Below, in pieces: positions 33,788 to 44,609 of a DNA stretch of 58,871 nt; position 1 is the stretch's first letter, and each line of letters opens with the position of its first letter. The stretch lies in the NCBI GenBank assembly GCA_964549265.1, contig CAZJWE010000003.1, positions 1-58,871 of the forward strand. Direction: 5' to 3'. The notes under the pieces are model-generated. The model ran no database searches and had not been told where the DNA came from. It was given only the letters and a program-made list of their open reading frames with translations. The position numbers were made by a program, and so were the translations under genes. Source of the stretch: an uncultured Bacteroidales bacterium. GTDB lineage: Bacteria; Bacteroidota; Bacteroidia; Bacteroidales; JBBRXJ01.

Positions 33788-35474
33788 GCTGTGCTTTCTC
33801 CCGGTGTATTTTTTTCTTTAATTTATGTTTGAATGATGAAAATATGAATTGATATCTTTTAGAGTCAAATAATGTAAAATCTCCAACCTTTGAGATAGTA
33901 TGCAGCCCGGCATTGTATTTACTATATTTAAACGGATAAATCGTTTTTACATATTCCTCATGAAATGATGTCTGGTCAAGTTTTTCAATTTTCATAATAT
34001 GTGTGCATTTACCATAATGTACAGAGCTGTCTTGTACCGGACGATACAAACATCCATTGTACATAAAAGGTGTTCCTGCGGGCCTGGACGACCGGATGTC
34101 GGTTTTGACCGGATTACAGGCATGCGGTTTATATGGGCCGGTTAATTGTTCCGAATAATAAACAAAAAGTTTTTCATTTGTCCCATGCTGTTTGCGGGTA
34201 CAAAACATCCACCACATCCCTTTAAACTCAATCAACGTAGCATCTACTGCATCAATCCCTTTTATTAAAGTAGTAACGAGTTCCATGGATTGTTTTTCTG
34301 TATTGAACTTATACAATTTAACCGTATGATTATCAGCGGTTTCAGGGATACAATACACGTTTTCTTTATATGTAAACACATATGGATAAGCCATGTGAAA
34401 GGGTTGCTCAAACATAGTGGTTAATGCTGAGAACCGGCCGGTATCCGGATTAAATTCCCTGTAAGCTATGATCCCTTTTCCCCTGGCATAATCATAATAT
34501 TCTATAAGATGCATGTGTTCGTTTTGAGCTGTAAATCCAAATACATCCGCCTGATAGCAACGTGGGTTGCATTCAGGAGCCCAAATAATGTCTTTTTCTT
34601 TTAAATCTTCATTTAATAATTCATGAATAGGTTGCTTTATAATGCCATAACTCCATTTTTCAGCCCAAAAAATATCCCTGAGATGAAAGGAAAGCTTATT
34701 CATAAATAATTTATAAATAAAGTGAAGCATGTTCCCATTGCCGGGTTTTTTATAAATTTCAGCCTGCGTAGAAGAGGGTTTGTTTTCAATATATCCGGTT
34801 TGTTGATTTAAAATATCTGTACAAACCTGCACAGGAAAATCAATTCCACCATAAAACAAATGGTCTGTATTTTCCTGGTAAGAATGTTTTATAGTTTTCA
34901 AATATCCTTTTCTCAAAACTATACCGGCATCCAGTTTGTCTGTAAGACGCTGTAATATTAAACCCGATACCGGGTCATCGTTAAAAATCTCCCAAAAACC
35001 GGGAGGGCCTCCGCGATATTTTTGCTCATCTCCATGATGAAAAGACCACACTCCAAAGTGCGCTACATTTAAAATTTCGCCCCGTAAAATATTGAATCCA
35101 AAACGAATGATAAAATCCAAGCCGTATTTCTTGATATCATGCACATCATTCTCTTCAAAATATTGTGAATACCTGCCTTTGAGTATGGGCTTGCATCGAA
35201 TGACAGGAATTCCTTTCAATTTTTGTTGCAGATCAACATTAATAATTGAAACTGGTTTCCAAAAAAAACGGGTAAATAACTTATAACATAACGACCGGAA
35301 CGAGTTATGAGGCTTATATTCTGCTTCATTCATAATGAGAAGGCATAATTGAATGTTTGGATGATCCCTTAGCCTGTCAAGGCATTGCTCCTGCCAGGCT
35401 TTAAAAGTATATCCATTGCACATGATTCCGTATCGCAATACAGTGTTATTATTATATTGATATTCTGTATTCAA
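33780..35474 (-). CDS. Two-domain protein: N-terminal formyltransferase-like domain fused to a beta-rich C-terminal domain of unknown function
   Basis: 564 aa with a TTG start overlapping the upstream stop (TTGA). The N-terminal half has a formyltransferase-fold signature ('FIIRFGFNILRGEILNVAHFGVWSFHHGDEQKYRGGPPGFWEI'). The C-terminal ~270 aa are Trp/Tyr-rich and propeller-like ('AYPYVFTYKENVYCIPE...GMWWMFCT...PFMYNGCLYRPVQD'). Confidence 0.6.
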   Translation of the reverse strand: MNTEYQYNNNTVLRYGIMCNGYTFKAWQEQCLDRLRDHPNIQLCLLIMNEAEYKPHNSFRSLCYKLFTRFFWKPVSIINVDLQQKLKGIPVIRCKPILKGRYSQYFEENDVHDIKKYGLDFIIRFGFNILRGEILNVAHFGVWSFHHGDEQKYRGGPPGFWEIFNDDPVSGLILQRLTDKLDAGIVLRKGYLKTIKHSYQENTDHLFYGGIDFPVQVCTDILNQQTGYIENKPSSTQAEIYKKPGNGNMLHFIYKLFMNKLSFHLRDIFWAEKWSYGIIKQPIHELLNEDLKEKDIIWAPECNPRCYQADVFGFTAQNEHMHLIEYYDYARGKGIIAYREFNPDTGRFSALTTMFEQPFHMAYPYVFTYKENVYCIPETADNHTVKLYKFNTEKQSMELVTTLIKGIDAVDATLIEFKGMWWMFCTRKQHGTNEKLFVYYSEQLTGPYKPHACNPVKTDIRSSRPAGTPFMYNGCLYRPVQDSSVHYGKCTHIMKIEKLDQTSFHEEYVKTIYPFKYSKYNAGLHTISKVGDFTLFDSKRYQFIFSSFKHKLKKKIHREKAQHV

Positions 35475-36655
35475 GGTGCTATGTTAGAATATATATTGCA
35501 CAATTGTTTACCTATTGCTTCGAAACTCAAATGCTCCTCTGCATAATGACGGATAGCCGGCGGATCAAATTCTTGTTTGCGGTCTAATAATACATTGATC
35601 TGTTCTTCGAGTTCCCGTTCGTCTCCCGGTTTCACCAGCAGGCCATTAGTATCATTTACATACTCCGGGATGCCGCCTGTTCTTGTGGCAATTACAGGTA
35701 TGCCGCAAGCAAAACTCTCATTGATCACCACCGGGATATTTTCATAATGGCTGAATAAAACAAAAAAATCGGCATTTTGATAATACTTTGCCAGTTCTTT
35801 TCCTTCTTTCACTCCTTCAAAAAAAACAAATGAACCGGTCAGCCCAAGATTACCTGCATGTTGTTCGATACTCTTTTTATCTCTGCCACCCCCTACTAAT
35901 TGTAATTGAAAATCATTTCTGTACCGGCTGATTCGATAGATTGTATTAATGATGCCCCGTATATTCTTTGCCTTTTCGTCAAAACAAGATACATGGAGTA
36001 TGGTCTTTTTTGGGGAGGGCTTATCTTTAATCCCCGGTGTAAACAGATGGCAGTCTACCACATTAGGCACTAAAATATAATTATCATGAACTAACCCCTG
36101 TCCTTTCATTGCATTGCCGAGACTTTTTGTAACCACCAACACTGCTTTAGAACATTTTACGATCCATTTAGAAACGAGTTTATTCAGCCATCCTCTAAAT
36201 TCATTCCGTACAGGCAAATATCCAGACCAATGCTCTGAAAGTAAATACGGGTATTTAAATATTTTATAAAATATCCATGAAATCAATCCTGCTTTTTGAA
36301 GTATATGCCCATGGATTAATTTCGGATCGCCATACATTTCTTTTATTCTCTTGAACCCATTTGAGTAAGCCCTATAAAAACGATAAAATTTAACAATGCT
36401 GCTGATCAATGGAAATTGAGACATTGTTTTTTTAAAATACACAACCATGGTAGGAACATGATTGATTTTTTCAAAGGTTATTTCTTGTTCTTTTCCATTT
36501 AAATATTGATCGGTATGTGCATATAATACAACAACCGGACAATATTTTGATGCGGCTTCTGCATGGAATCTCACGAATAATCCTGGCATGGGATCATAGC
36601 GATTGGGATACCAGGAAGAAATAAACAAAATATATTTTTGATGAAGCTCTTTCAT
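35471..36655 (-). CDS. Glycosyltransferase, GT4 (GT-B fold) family
   Basis: 394 aa. The C-terminal 'FFVLFSHYENIPVVINESFACGIPVIATRTGGIPEYV' is the GT4 E-x7-E region. Confidence 0.85.
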   Translation of the reverse strand: MKELHQKYILFISSWYPNRYDPMPGLFVRFHAEAASKYCPVVVLYAHTDQYLNGKEQEITFEKINHVPTMVVYFKKTMSQFPLISSIVKFYRFYRAYSNGFKRIKEMYGDPKLIHGHILQKAGLISWIFYKIFKYPYLLSEHWSGYLPVRNEFRGWLNKLVSKWIVKCSKAVLVVTKSLGNAMKGQGLVHDNYILVPNVVDCHLFTPGIKDKPSPKKTILHVSCFDEKAKNIRGIINTIYRISRYRNDFQLQLVGGGRDKKSIEQHAGNLGLTGSFVFFEGVKEGKELAKYYQNADFFVLFSHYENIPVVINESFACGIPVIATRTGGIPEYVNDTNGLLVKPGDERELEEQINVLLDRKQEFDPPAIRHYAEEHLSFEAIGKQLCNIYSNIAP

Positions 36656-36701
36656 ATTTTATATAAACAAAGGAATGAGCACAAAGCCATTAAGATGCTG
36701 T

Positions 36702-37433
36702 TTATTGTACATCTTCACGCAATTGAATAAAGTCAATCTCAGAGGGTTTATCGTTTTTAACAAGCTTGCCATTTTCGCATTTCAGCACAGCTTCAGGAAA
36801 TTCTTTTAAAAGATTGTAATTATGTGTAGCCACAATCACTGTTTTTCCATTATTTTTAATATCAAATAATATATTCATAATAGTTAAAGATGTCTCGGGG
36901 TCGAGGTTTCCTGTAGGCTCATCAGCAAGTATAAGATCGGGGTCATTCAATAAAGCCCGTGCAATAACCACACGCTGCTGCTCTCCTCCTGAAAGTTCAT
37001 GTGGCATTTTATATCCTTTACGGTTCATCCCTACTTTTGTCAGTACAAATTCTATCCGCTCGTTGATCTCTGTTTTATTCTTCCATCCCGTTGCATGTAG
37101 TACAAAGGACAGGTTGTTATAAATAGTCCTGTCGGTGAGTAATTGAAAATCCTGGAATACAATACCTAACTTTCTTCTTAAATATGGGATCTCTTTTTTC
37201 TTTAAACGATGCAAATAATAACCGGCAACATATCCCTCGCCTTTTCGTAATGGAATTTCGGCATTGATGGTTTTAATGAGGCTGGTTTTCCCGGTACCAA
37301 CCTTGCCTATTATATAATAAAAATCGCCCTGATAGATGGTTAAATTAACATCTGAAAGGACCAAATTATATTTTTGATAAATATCTGCATCTGTTAATTC
37401 AACAATCTTTTCGTTCGTGCTTTGATTTATCAT
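36702..37433 (-). CDS. ftsE: Cell-division ABC transporter ATP-binding protein FtsE-like
   Basis: Walker A is '[10 protein letters not shown]', the signature is '[15 protein letters not shown]' and Walker B is '[12 protein letters not shown]'. The ORF is open to 37472. The ATG at 37433 ('MINQSTNEK') is preferred, but the start is uncertain. Confidence 0.8.
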   Translation of the reverse strand: MINQSTNEKIVELTDADIYQKYNLVLSDVNLTIYQGDFYYIIGKVGTGKTSLIKTINAEIPLRKGEGYVAGYYLHRLKKKEIPYLRRKLGIVFQDFQLLTDRTIYNNLSFVLHATGWKNKTEINERIEFVLTKVGMNRKGYKMPHELSGGEQQRVVIARALLNDPDLILADEPTGNLDPETSLTIMNILFDIKNNGKTVIVATHNYNLLKEFPEAVLKCENGKLVKNDKPSEIDFIQLREDVQ

Positions 37434-37674
37434 GGTGTTTTGTTTATCTTTGTAAATATAATACTGCACCATTTCATTCTAATGCAGTATAGTCAGCAAA
37501 AATATACTGTTTTTTTATATAAAGACAATATTAATCAATTGCCAAAGAATTTCAAAAATAACATATTATTAATAATTAACATACGTTTGTTAATTATTAA
37601 TCATAATAAAATAAACTTTTCATTCCAATAATATCTATTTTTATCATTTTATTTTCTGTATAAATTATTGATAT

Positions 37675-40600
37675 ATGGCCAAATACTTAAAATCTTCATT
37701 ATTATTGCTGCCATTACTGCTTTTTTCGGTTACAGGAACCGCACAAAAAACACCTGTTCATTTTTCTATTGTAAATAAATACCAGGATGCCGTGGATTTA
37801 TTCGACAAAGAAAAATACGGGGCCGCCAGGGAAATTTTTCATGACATCATAAATAACAGCAACGCAGATCATGCATTAATGAAAAGCAACGCAGCGTATT
37901 ACCATGCATTATGTGCTGCCAGGCTCTTCAATGATGATGCTGAATACCTGATAAAAAAATTCATTCAGGAACACCCCGAAAACCAAAAGATCACTCATGC
38001 ACAATTTGAAATGGCTAAATACCATTATCGAAATGACAGTTTTAACCTGGCCATTAAGTGGTTTGATACCATAGATGTGCCCTCGCTTTATAAAAACGAA
38101 CAATTTGAGTATTATTTTAAACTTGGGTATGCATATTTTAAAACAAAAAATTATGACGAGGCCAGGGTCACTTTTTTTGAAATACTGGATGAAGACACCA
38201 AATATGCTTCTCCGGCTACTTATTATTATGCCCATATTGCATACGAGCAAAAAAATTATCAAACCGCATTAAATGGCTTCAAAGAGCTCACCAATGACCC
38301 TACCTTCTCTCCTATTGCCCCGTATTATATTATTCAAATTCTATATCTTCAAAATAAATACAATCAGATCATAGACTTCACCGTTCCACTCATAGATTCT
38401 GTGGAACTCCGGAGAAAAGACGAAATATTCAGAATATTAGGAGAAGCATATTACAATAAAGAAGTCTATGACACCGCCATTATTTACCTTCATAAATACA
38501 TTGAAGAAACCGATGAGATCACTTACGATGACAAATATCATCTTGCTTATGCATTTTACCGTGTTGGCCGGTATGAAGAAGCAGCCAGCCTGTTTAAAGA
38601 AGTCGCAAACCAGGAAAACAAAATGAGCCAGAATGCACTGTATCATTTGGGTGATTGCTACATTAAACTCGGGCAAAAAAAGGAAGCCAGGCTAGCCTTT
38701 TCATCTGCATCATCTATGGATTACGACTCTGTTATTAAACGCGAAGCCATGTTCAATTATGCGCAGGTAACCTTTGACATATCCTACTCTCCATTTAATG
38801 ACGCCATCAAAGCGTTGAATAAATACATTGCGTTGTATCCCGAATCCGGCAATACCAATAAAGCATATAAATACCTGGTAATGGCCTACCTCAACACCAA
38901 AAATTATAAAGATGCATTTGCTTCACTCCAACAAATAGATGCAATCAAAGACGATGAACTCAAAAAAGCATATCAACGAATCGCTTATTTCAGAGGGCTT
39001 GAATTATATAATAACCTGGAATTCAACAATGCTATTGACTTGTTTGATAAATCATTAAAATATGCATCATTCAACAGGGATATCCAGGTAAAAACCTATT
39101 ATTGGAAAGCAGAAGCATTATACAGGATAAAGAACTACACCGCTGCCATTGATCATTACAAGACCTACATCAATTCCCTGGGGGCGTTTCGTATGAAATA
39201 TTATAATGAAGCTCATTACGGAACCGGTTATGCTTATTTTAAGCTTGAACAATATGAATCTGCTTCTACGTTTTTCAGAAAGTTTGTCAACCTGATGGAA
39301 CAGGAAACAAAAAAGACGGCAGATGCTTATAATCGAGTTGGCGACTGCTTTTTCATGAAAAGAGAATACTGGAGAGCTGTAGATTTTTACAACAAAGCCA
39401 TAGACATTAATTTGATTGACCAGGATTATGCATTGTTCCAAAAAGGGTTTTCATACGGCTTGATGAATAAATATGCAGAAAAAGTAGCAGCACTGGAAAA
39501 AGTATTCCAACACCATCCGAATTCAGCATATTATGACGATGCACTCTATGAAGCCGGAAAAGCCTATGTGGAGTTGAACAACCTTGATTCAGCAATCAGC
39601 AAGTACACCAAATTGGTAAATAACTACCCCCGGAGCAACTATACATCAGAAACATTGGTGAAGCTCGGATTGATTTTCTACAATAATGATGAAAATAATA
39701 AAGCACTGGCATATTATAAAAAGGTGATCGAAAATTATCCGAAAACCAAAGAAACAGAAAATGCCCTGACAGGTATTAAAAACATTTACCTCGACATGTC
39801 GAATGCTGATGCTTATTTTGAATATGTAGAAAACCTCGAAGGTTTTGAACCGGTTAGTGATGAACGGAAAGATTCCCTTAAATACAGTGCCGCAGAAAAT
39901 GTGTACATGAAAGGAGAGTGCAACCGTGCCATACCATTGTTCAATGATTACCTGAATGAATTTGAACACGGCAATTTCTTACTCAATGCACATTATTACA
40001 AGGGCAGTTGCCATTACCGCAACAAAGAATATATGAAAGCCCTGGAATCATTTGAATACATCATCTCCCAAAAACAAAACTTTTTCACCGAAGAAGCACT
40101 CTTGAAGGCTGCACGCATTCATTATCAAAACAACAATTACAACCAGGCTCTCACCAATTACCAGAAATTGGAAGACATTGCTGATGAAAAAAGTGTGGTA
40201 CTTGAATCCAGGATTTACATCATGCGGTGCTATGCACAACTGAACAATTATGAAAAAACGATTGAAGCGGTTGAAACATTACTGAATACTGATAAAGTTA
40301 CACAAAGCATTGTGAGGGAAGCCCGCTTTAAAAAAGCCATGGCATATTATTATGAAGAAAAATGGGATGAAGCCATTGACGCTTTTAATCTGATTGTTCA
40401 TGACATAAAAAGCAGCGAAGGTTCGGAAGCAAAATACAGGATTGCAGAAGCATACTACAAAAAAGGAGAACTAAAAGAAGCCAAAAAAGAAATACTTGAT
40501 TTCTCTGATAAAAACACCCCTCATCAATACTGGCTTGCCAAAAGTTTCATCCTGCTCGCTGATATTTATGCTGAAGAAGGAAATGAGTTTCAGGCTATTC

Positions 40601-40716
40601 ATACCCTAAAAAGCATCATAAAAAATTATGATACTCAGGATGATGGAATCATTACCACGGCTCAACGCAAAAAAGAACAACTGGTTGAACAACAAGAAAA
40701 TAATGAGGCACTATGA
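37675..40716 (+). CDS. Large secreted tetratricopeptide-repeat (TPR) protein
   Basis: 1013 aa with a signal peptide ('LLLLPLLLFSVTGTAQ'). Many 34-aa TPR-like units occur throughout, following an 'A.Y..G.CY...' pattern. Confidence 0.8.
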   Translation: MAKYLKSSLLLLPLLLFSVTGTAQKTPVHFSIVNKYQDAVDLFDKEKYGAAREIFHDIINNSNADHALMKSNAAYYHALCAARLFNDDAEYLIKKFIQEHPENQKITHAQFEMAKYHYRNDSFNLAIKWFDTIDVPSLYKNEQFEYYFKLGYAYFKTKNYDEARVTFFEILDEDTKYASPATYYYAHIAYEQKNYQTALNGFKELTNDPTFSPIAPYYIIQILYLQNKYNQIIDFTVPLIDSVELRRKDEIFRILGEAYYNKEVYDTAIIYLHKYIEETDEITYDDKYHLAYAFYRVGRYEEAASLFKEVANQENKMSQNALYHLGDCYIKLGQKKEARLAFSSASSMDYDSVIKREAMFNYAQVTFDISYSPFNDAIKALNKYIALYPESGNTNKAYKYLVMAYLNTKNYKDAFASLQQIDAIKDDELKKAYQRIAYFRGLELYNNLEFNNAIDLFDKSLKYASFNRDIQVKTYYWKAEALYRIKNYTAAIDHYKTYINSLGAFRMKYYNEAHYGTGYAYFKLEQYESASTFFRKFVNLMEQETKKTADAYNRVGDCFFMKREYWRAVDFYNKAIDINLIDQDYALFQKGFSYGLMNKYAEKVAALEKVFQHHPNSAYYDDALYEAGKAYVELNNLDSAISKYTKLVNNYPRSNYTSETLVKLGLIFYNNDENNKALAYYKKVIENYPKTKETENALTGIKNIYLDMSNADAYFEYVENLEGFEPVSDERKDSLKYSAAENVYMKGECNRAIPLFNDYLNEFEHGNFLLNAHYYKGSCHYRNKEYMKALESFEYIISQKQNFFTEEALLKAARIHYQNNNYNQALTNYQKLEDIADEKSVVLESRIYIMRCYAQLNNYEKTIEAVETLLNTDKVTQSIVREARFKKAMAYYYEEKWDEAIDAFNLIVHDIKSSEGSEAKYRIAEAYYKKGELKEAKKEILDFSDKNTPHQYWLAKSFILLADIYAEEGNEFQAIHTLKSIIKNYDTQDDGIITTAQRKKEQLVEQQENNEAL

Positions 40717-42413
40717 TAAACTATTTTTCACCATATATCATATCCAAAATGCATAAAAAAGGGACATTCATAATAACTTTTTGCATGCTGTTAGTTCATT
40801 GTGGCAATAGTATGGCACAAGAAAAGATTGAAAAAGAGGTCAAGGTTGTTAAATCATACCGCCCTGCTATATCAGATGCTTTTAAGATTAACGAACTTCC
40901 TGATTTAACAGACACTGCAACCATAAAGACCGATGTGAATTATTCTGTTGCTCCCCGGGAGATTTCAATGCCATACGAAATAGGACAAATCAACGCAGCC
41001 CGGATGCTGGGCGAACCATTATCCGAGCTATACAAAAACTACGTGCGCGTGGGCATGGGAAATTATATTAAACCCATGATCAGCTTCAGACATAATACAT
41101 TGAGATCAAGAGAACAGATGTGGGGTGCCCATCTCAAACATGAATCATCAATGGGAAAAGTAAAATTAAATGATGATGTAAAATCCTATGCCGGGTATCA
41201 CGACAGCCGGGTAAACATTTATGGAAAAAAAATATGGAACAATGTGGCAGGTACAGCAGATATTGATTTTAATAACAACACCAGTCATTTTTATGGTTTT
41301 GACCCGCAAGACACCATCCTCTCAAAAGATAACATCCGGGATGATCACAGGCAAAACTTCCTGGATTTTTCAACCACGCTTCATCTGCATTCGTTGAACC
41401 TTGATACAAACAAATTCAATTATTCCTTAGACGGAGGATTTCTCTATCTTCAGGATGCTTACAAGCACTCCGAAAGCAAGTTGGCATTCAACGGGGCCCT
41501 TGACAAAAAAATTGGTGCCAATAAATTTAACATGCATGCTGAATACAGTAAATATTTCAGAAACGACACATCAGATTATTCCCATTTTTCTGCCCGTCCG
41601 TATATTGAGAGAAAAAATGAAGAATGGCACGTAACAGCTGGAGTTAATATCACGGCTTTTACAACCGGCAATAAGACGAAAACATATTTTTATCCGTCCG
41701 GACAAATCTCGTTTAATATCCTCGATCATTTTATAGACCCTTATTTTGGAGTTGACGGAGGGATTGTCACCAATGATTATTATCGTATCACCAGAGAAAA
41801 TCCTTTTGTAATGCCGGGTATTCTGGTAAGGCCAACCGAGCACCAGTTGCATTTGTATGGAGGAATCAAAGGGAATTTCAGTTCAAAGATTCGTTACAAC
41901 CTCAGCATGCATTATTCTGTAATCAATAACATGTATTTTTATGTAAATGATTACAGTGACTCACTCGGCAACAGGTTTAATGTAATATATGACAAAGCAG
42001 ACGTGGAAATAACACGGTATCATGGCGAAATCACCTACCAGGCTGCAGATGACCTGTCGTTTTATGTCCGGGGAGACATCTATAATTACAATCTTGTGGA
42101 ACTTAAAAAGCCCTGGCATAAACCCGCGCACAAGATCACCTTGGCCGGAAGATACAATATACAAGACAAAATACTGCTCAACGCAGAGATCATAGGCATT
42201 GGCAAAACATTTGCCAAACCAGCACAAGCCGACCAGTCTCCCATTAAACTGGATGGCACCACTGATGTTAATCTCGACATTGAATACAGGTATTCAAAAG
42301 TATTGTCCGGTTTCATTGAAATAAACAACATGTTTGCCAAACGGTATTTCCCCTATCACCTCTACCCCACTCAGCAGTTTAATATGATGCTGGGAGTTTA
42401 TTATGCGTTGTAA
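40713..42413 (+). CDS. Predicted outer-membrane beta-barrel protein
   Basis: 566 aa. The signal peptide ends '...CGNSMAQE'. Alternating amphipathic beta-strand patterns rich in Y/G/N are present. The terminal strand is aromatic ('MMLGVYYAL'). The ATG overlaps the TPR gene stop (ATGA). Confidence 0.6.
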   Translation: MINYFSPYIISKMHKKGTFIITFCMLLVHCGNSMAQEKIEKEVKVVKSYRPAISDAFKINELPDLTDTATIKTDVNYSVAPREISMPYEIGQINAARMLGEPLSELYKNYVRVGMGNYIKPMISFRHNTLRSREQMWGAHLKHESSMGKVKLNDDVKSYAGYHDSRVNIYGKKIWNNVAGTADIDFNNNTSHFYGFDPQDTILSKDNIRDDHRQNFLDFSTTLHLHSLNLDTNKFNYSLDGGFLYLQDAYKHSESKLAFNGALDKKIGANKFNMHAEYSKYFRNDTSDYSHFSARPYIERKNEEWHVTAGVNITAFTTGNKTKTYFYPSGQISFNILDHFIDPYFGVDGGIVTNDYYRITRENPFVMPGILVRPTEHQLHLYGGIKGNFSSKIRYNLSMHYSVINNMYFYVNDYSDSLGNRFNVIYDKADVEITRYHGEITYQAADDLSFYVRGDIYNYNLVELKKPWHKPAHKITLAGRYNIQDKILLNAEIIGIGKTFAKPAQADQSPIKLDGTTDVNLDIEYRYSKVLSGFIEINNMFAKRYFPYHLYPTQQFNMMLGVYYAL

Positions 42414-42485
42414 AATAATTGTTAATGGTGATTCTATTCACTCATTTTTCTGTATTTTTAAACTTAATTTTAATTAAACAAATCT

Positions 42486-43148
42486 ATGGAAGAAAAAAGA
42501 GATCATTTAGTTGCACCTTCCCTATTATCCTGTAATTTCGGACAATTGCAACAAGAAATAGAAACACTGAATGAAAGTGATGCAGACTGGATTCATTGCG
42601 ATATCATGGATGGTGTATTTGTACCCAACATTTCATTTGGCTTTCCTTTACTTAAATACATAAAAAAATACGCTCAAAAACCCCTTGATGCTCACTTGAT
42701 GATTGTGAACCCCGATCAATACCTTGAAGCATTCAAAGAACATGGGATTTACAATTTAACGGTACATTATGAAACATGCCAACATTTAAACCGCACCGTA
42801 CAAAAAATGAAATCTATAGGCTTGAGCGCGGGTGTTAGCATTAACCCACATAACCCTGTTCATTTATTAGAAGACATTGTGGCTTATGCTGACTTAGTAT
42901 TGATAATGTCAGTAAATCCGGGGTATGGAGGGCAGTCTTTTATTGAAAACACATATGAACGGGTTAGCAAACTAAAAGAAATCATTCTTAAAAAAAACTC
43001 AAATGCTCGTATTGAAGTTGACGGAGGAGTTGACCTAAGCAATGCACGACAACTGATTAATGCCGGAGCTGATGTCTTAGTAGCCGGAAGCTTTGTTTTC
43101 AATGCGGATAATGTATTCGACATTATTAAAAAACTGAAAAAAGCCTGA
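42486..43148 (+). CDS. rpe: Ribulose-phosphate 3-epimerase
   Basis: 220 aa. 'PSLLSCNF', 'HCDIMDGVFVPNISFG', 'MSVNPGYGGQSF' and 'VDGG' motifs are present. Confidence 0.93.
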   Translation: MEEKRDHLVAPSLLSCNFGQLQQEIETLNESDADWIHCDIMDGVFVPNISFGFPLLKYIKKYAQKPLDAHLMIVNPDQYLEAFKEHGIYNLTVHYETCQHLNRTVQKMKSIGLSAGVSINPHNPVHLLEDIVAYADLVLIMSVNPGYGGQSFIENTYERVSKLKEIILKKNSNARIEVDGGVDLSNARQLINAGADVLVAGSFVFNADNVFDIIKKLKKA

Positions 43149-43302
43149 GGAATATAACGTTCCATTAAGGGGACTTATAATACATGGGTGATTAATTAAA
43201 AAATTTATGCTTAAAGAAATCACTGAAAAATCCAAAGTATTCCAACCTTTTATAAAAATATTCGTAACTTTATAATGAAAAATATAATATAAACATTTCT
43301 AC

Positions 43303-44022
43303 ATGAAAAAAATATTTTACTTTATAATATTTTTATTTGTGTTTTCTACATGCGAGAAAGATCCATTTACAATCCCTGTAAATGTTAAATTTGAATTTTT
43401 GTACGATGCTGAAAACATTAACCTGAAAGGAGAAAGCAATACTAAAATTGAATTCACCGAAGGAAGAATTGTAGTGAAATCTATTGAATTTCACGGCAAA
43501 AGAGAAGAAGGTGGTCCTGTAGATTTTAGTTCAGATTTTAATCAGGTTGAAGGAAATTTAATAACAGGCAATACAAATCCAAATGTAAATTTTGATATTC
43601 CGCAAGGTGTGTATACCAATATTGAATTATTTATTGAAATTGATACCATAACATCACAACCTGCATTACTGATTGCAGGGAACTTAACCGACTCCAATTT
43701 ACTGACCTACATCAATACATCAACAGTAAAATTCAATTATCAATTGCAACGTAATGAAATATTTGAATTATATGCAAAGCCATCAGATACGTCTGGAAAT
43801 ATAGTCATAAAAGAAAACAATCCACCCAAAGTGCAAATAATAATTGACCCGGTAAATATCTTTCAGGATATCATCAATGAATTTAATGAAGCTGAAATTT
43901 CTGCCAACTCATACTATGATGACCCAAGAATAAACATCAATAAAGAAGAAAATACTTATATTTATAATGAACTAAATTTTAAAGTATTAAATAAAAATTC
44001 CGTAAAAGCTGTTTTTAAATAA
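43303..44022 (+). CDS. Hypothetical lipoprotein
   Basis: 239 aa. A signal peptide with a lipobox-like 'VFSTC' is followed by acidic residues ('CEKD'). I recognise no family. Confidence 0.5.
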   Translation: MKKIFYFIIFLFVFSTCEKDPFTIPVNVKFEFLYDAENINLKGESNTKIEFTEGRIVVKSIEFHGKREEGGPVDFSSDFNQVEGNLITGNTNPNVNFDIPQGVYTNIELFIEIDTITSQPALLIAGNLTDSNLLTYINTSTVKFNYQLQRNEIFELYAKPSDTSGNIVIKENNPPKVQIIIDPVNIFQDIINEFNEAEISANSYYDDPRININKEENTYIYNELNFKVLNKNSVKAVFK

Positions 44023-44041
44023 CTCATAATTCTTTTACCTG

Positions 44042-44590
44042 ATGGGTAAACAAGAAGAAAATAACATAAATGAGATCATTAAGGGGTGCCTGAAAAACGA
44101 GCGCAAGTATCAAAAACTCTTGTATGACAAGTATGCTAAGCATATGTATAGAGTATGCCTGGGGTATGTGAATGATCAGGATACTGCACAGGATATTTTA
44201 CAGGATGGATTCATTAAAATTTTTAAAAACATTAAAAATTATAATGAAAATGGGTCTTTAAGCGGATGGATACGCAAGATAATCGTGAATACAGCAATAG
44301 ATTACTTAAGATCTAAAAAACGATTGGATAATTTATTGGAATACGATGATGCCATTAAATGCATGGATAATAATAACGATGGAGTCAAAAACATTAATAT
44401 TGAAGCCATCTTATTGAGAGTAAACAATCTTCCGGATGGAGCAAGAACTGTTTTCAACTTATATGCACTGGAAGGCTATTCACATAAAGAAATAGCACAA
44501 CAACTTGAAATTACCGAAGGAACTTCAAAGTCGCAATTAAGCAGAGCAAAAAGCATATTAAAAGGATGGCTTAAAGAATTTGTAAATTAA
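44042..44590 (+). CDS. ECF-type RNA polymerase sigma-70 family factor
   Basis: 182 aa. Region 2 is 'DTAQDILQDGFIKIF...GWIRKIIVNTAIDYLR'. The region 4 helix-turn-helix is 'YALEGYSHKEIAQQLEITEGTSKSQLSRAK'. Confidence 0.9.
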   Translation: MGKQEENNINEIIKGCLKNERKYQKLLYDKYAKHMYRVCLGYVNDQDTAQDILQDGFIKIFKNIKNYNENGSLSGWIRKIIVNTAIDYLRSKKRLDNLLEYDDAIKCMDNNNDGVKNINIEAILLRVNNLPDGARTVFNLYALEGYSHKEIAQQLEITEGTSKSQLSRAKSILKGWLKEFVN

Positions 44591-44609
44591 TCATAACAGA
44601 TACTATATC

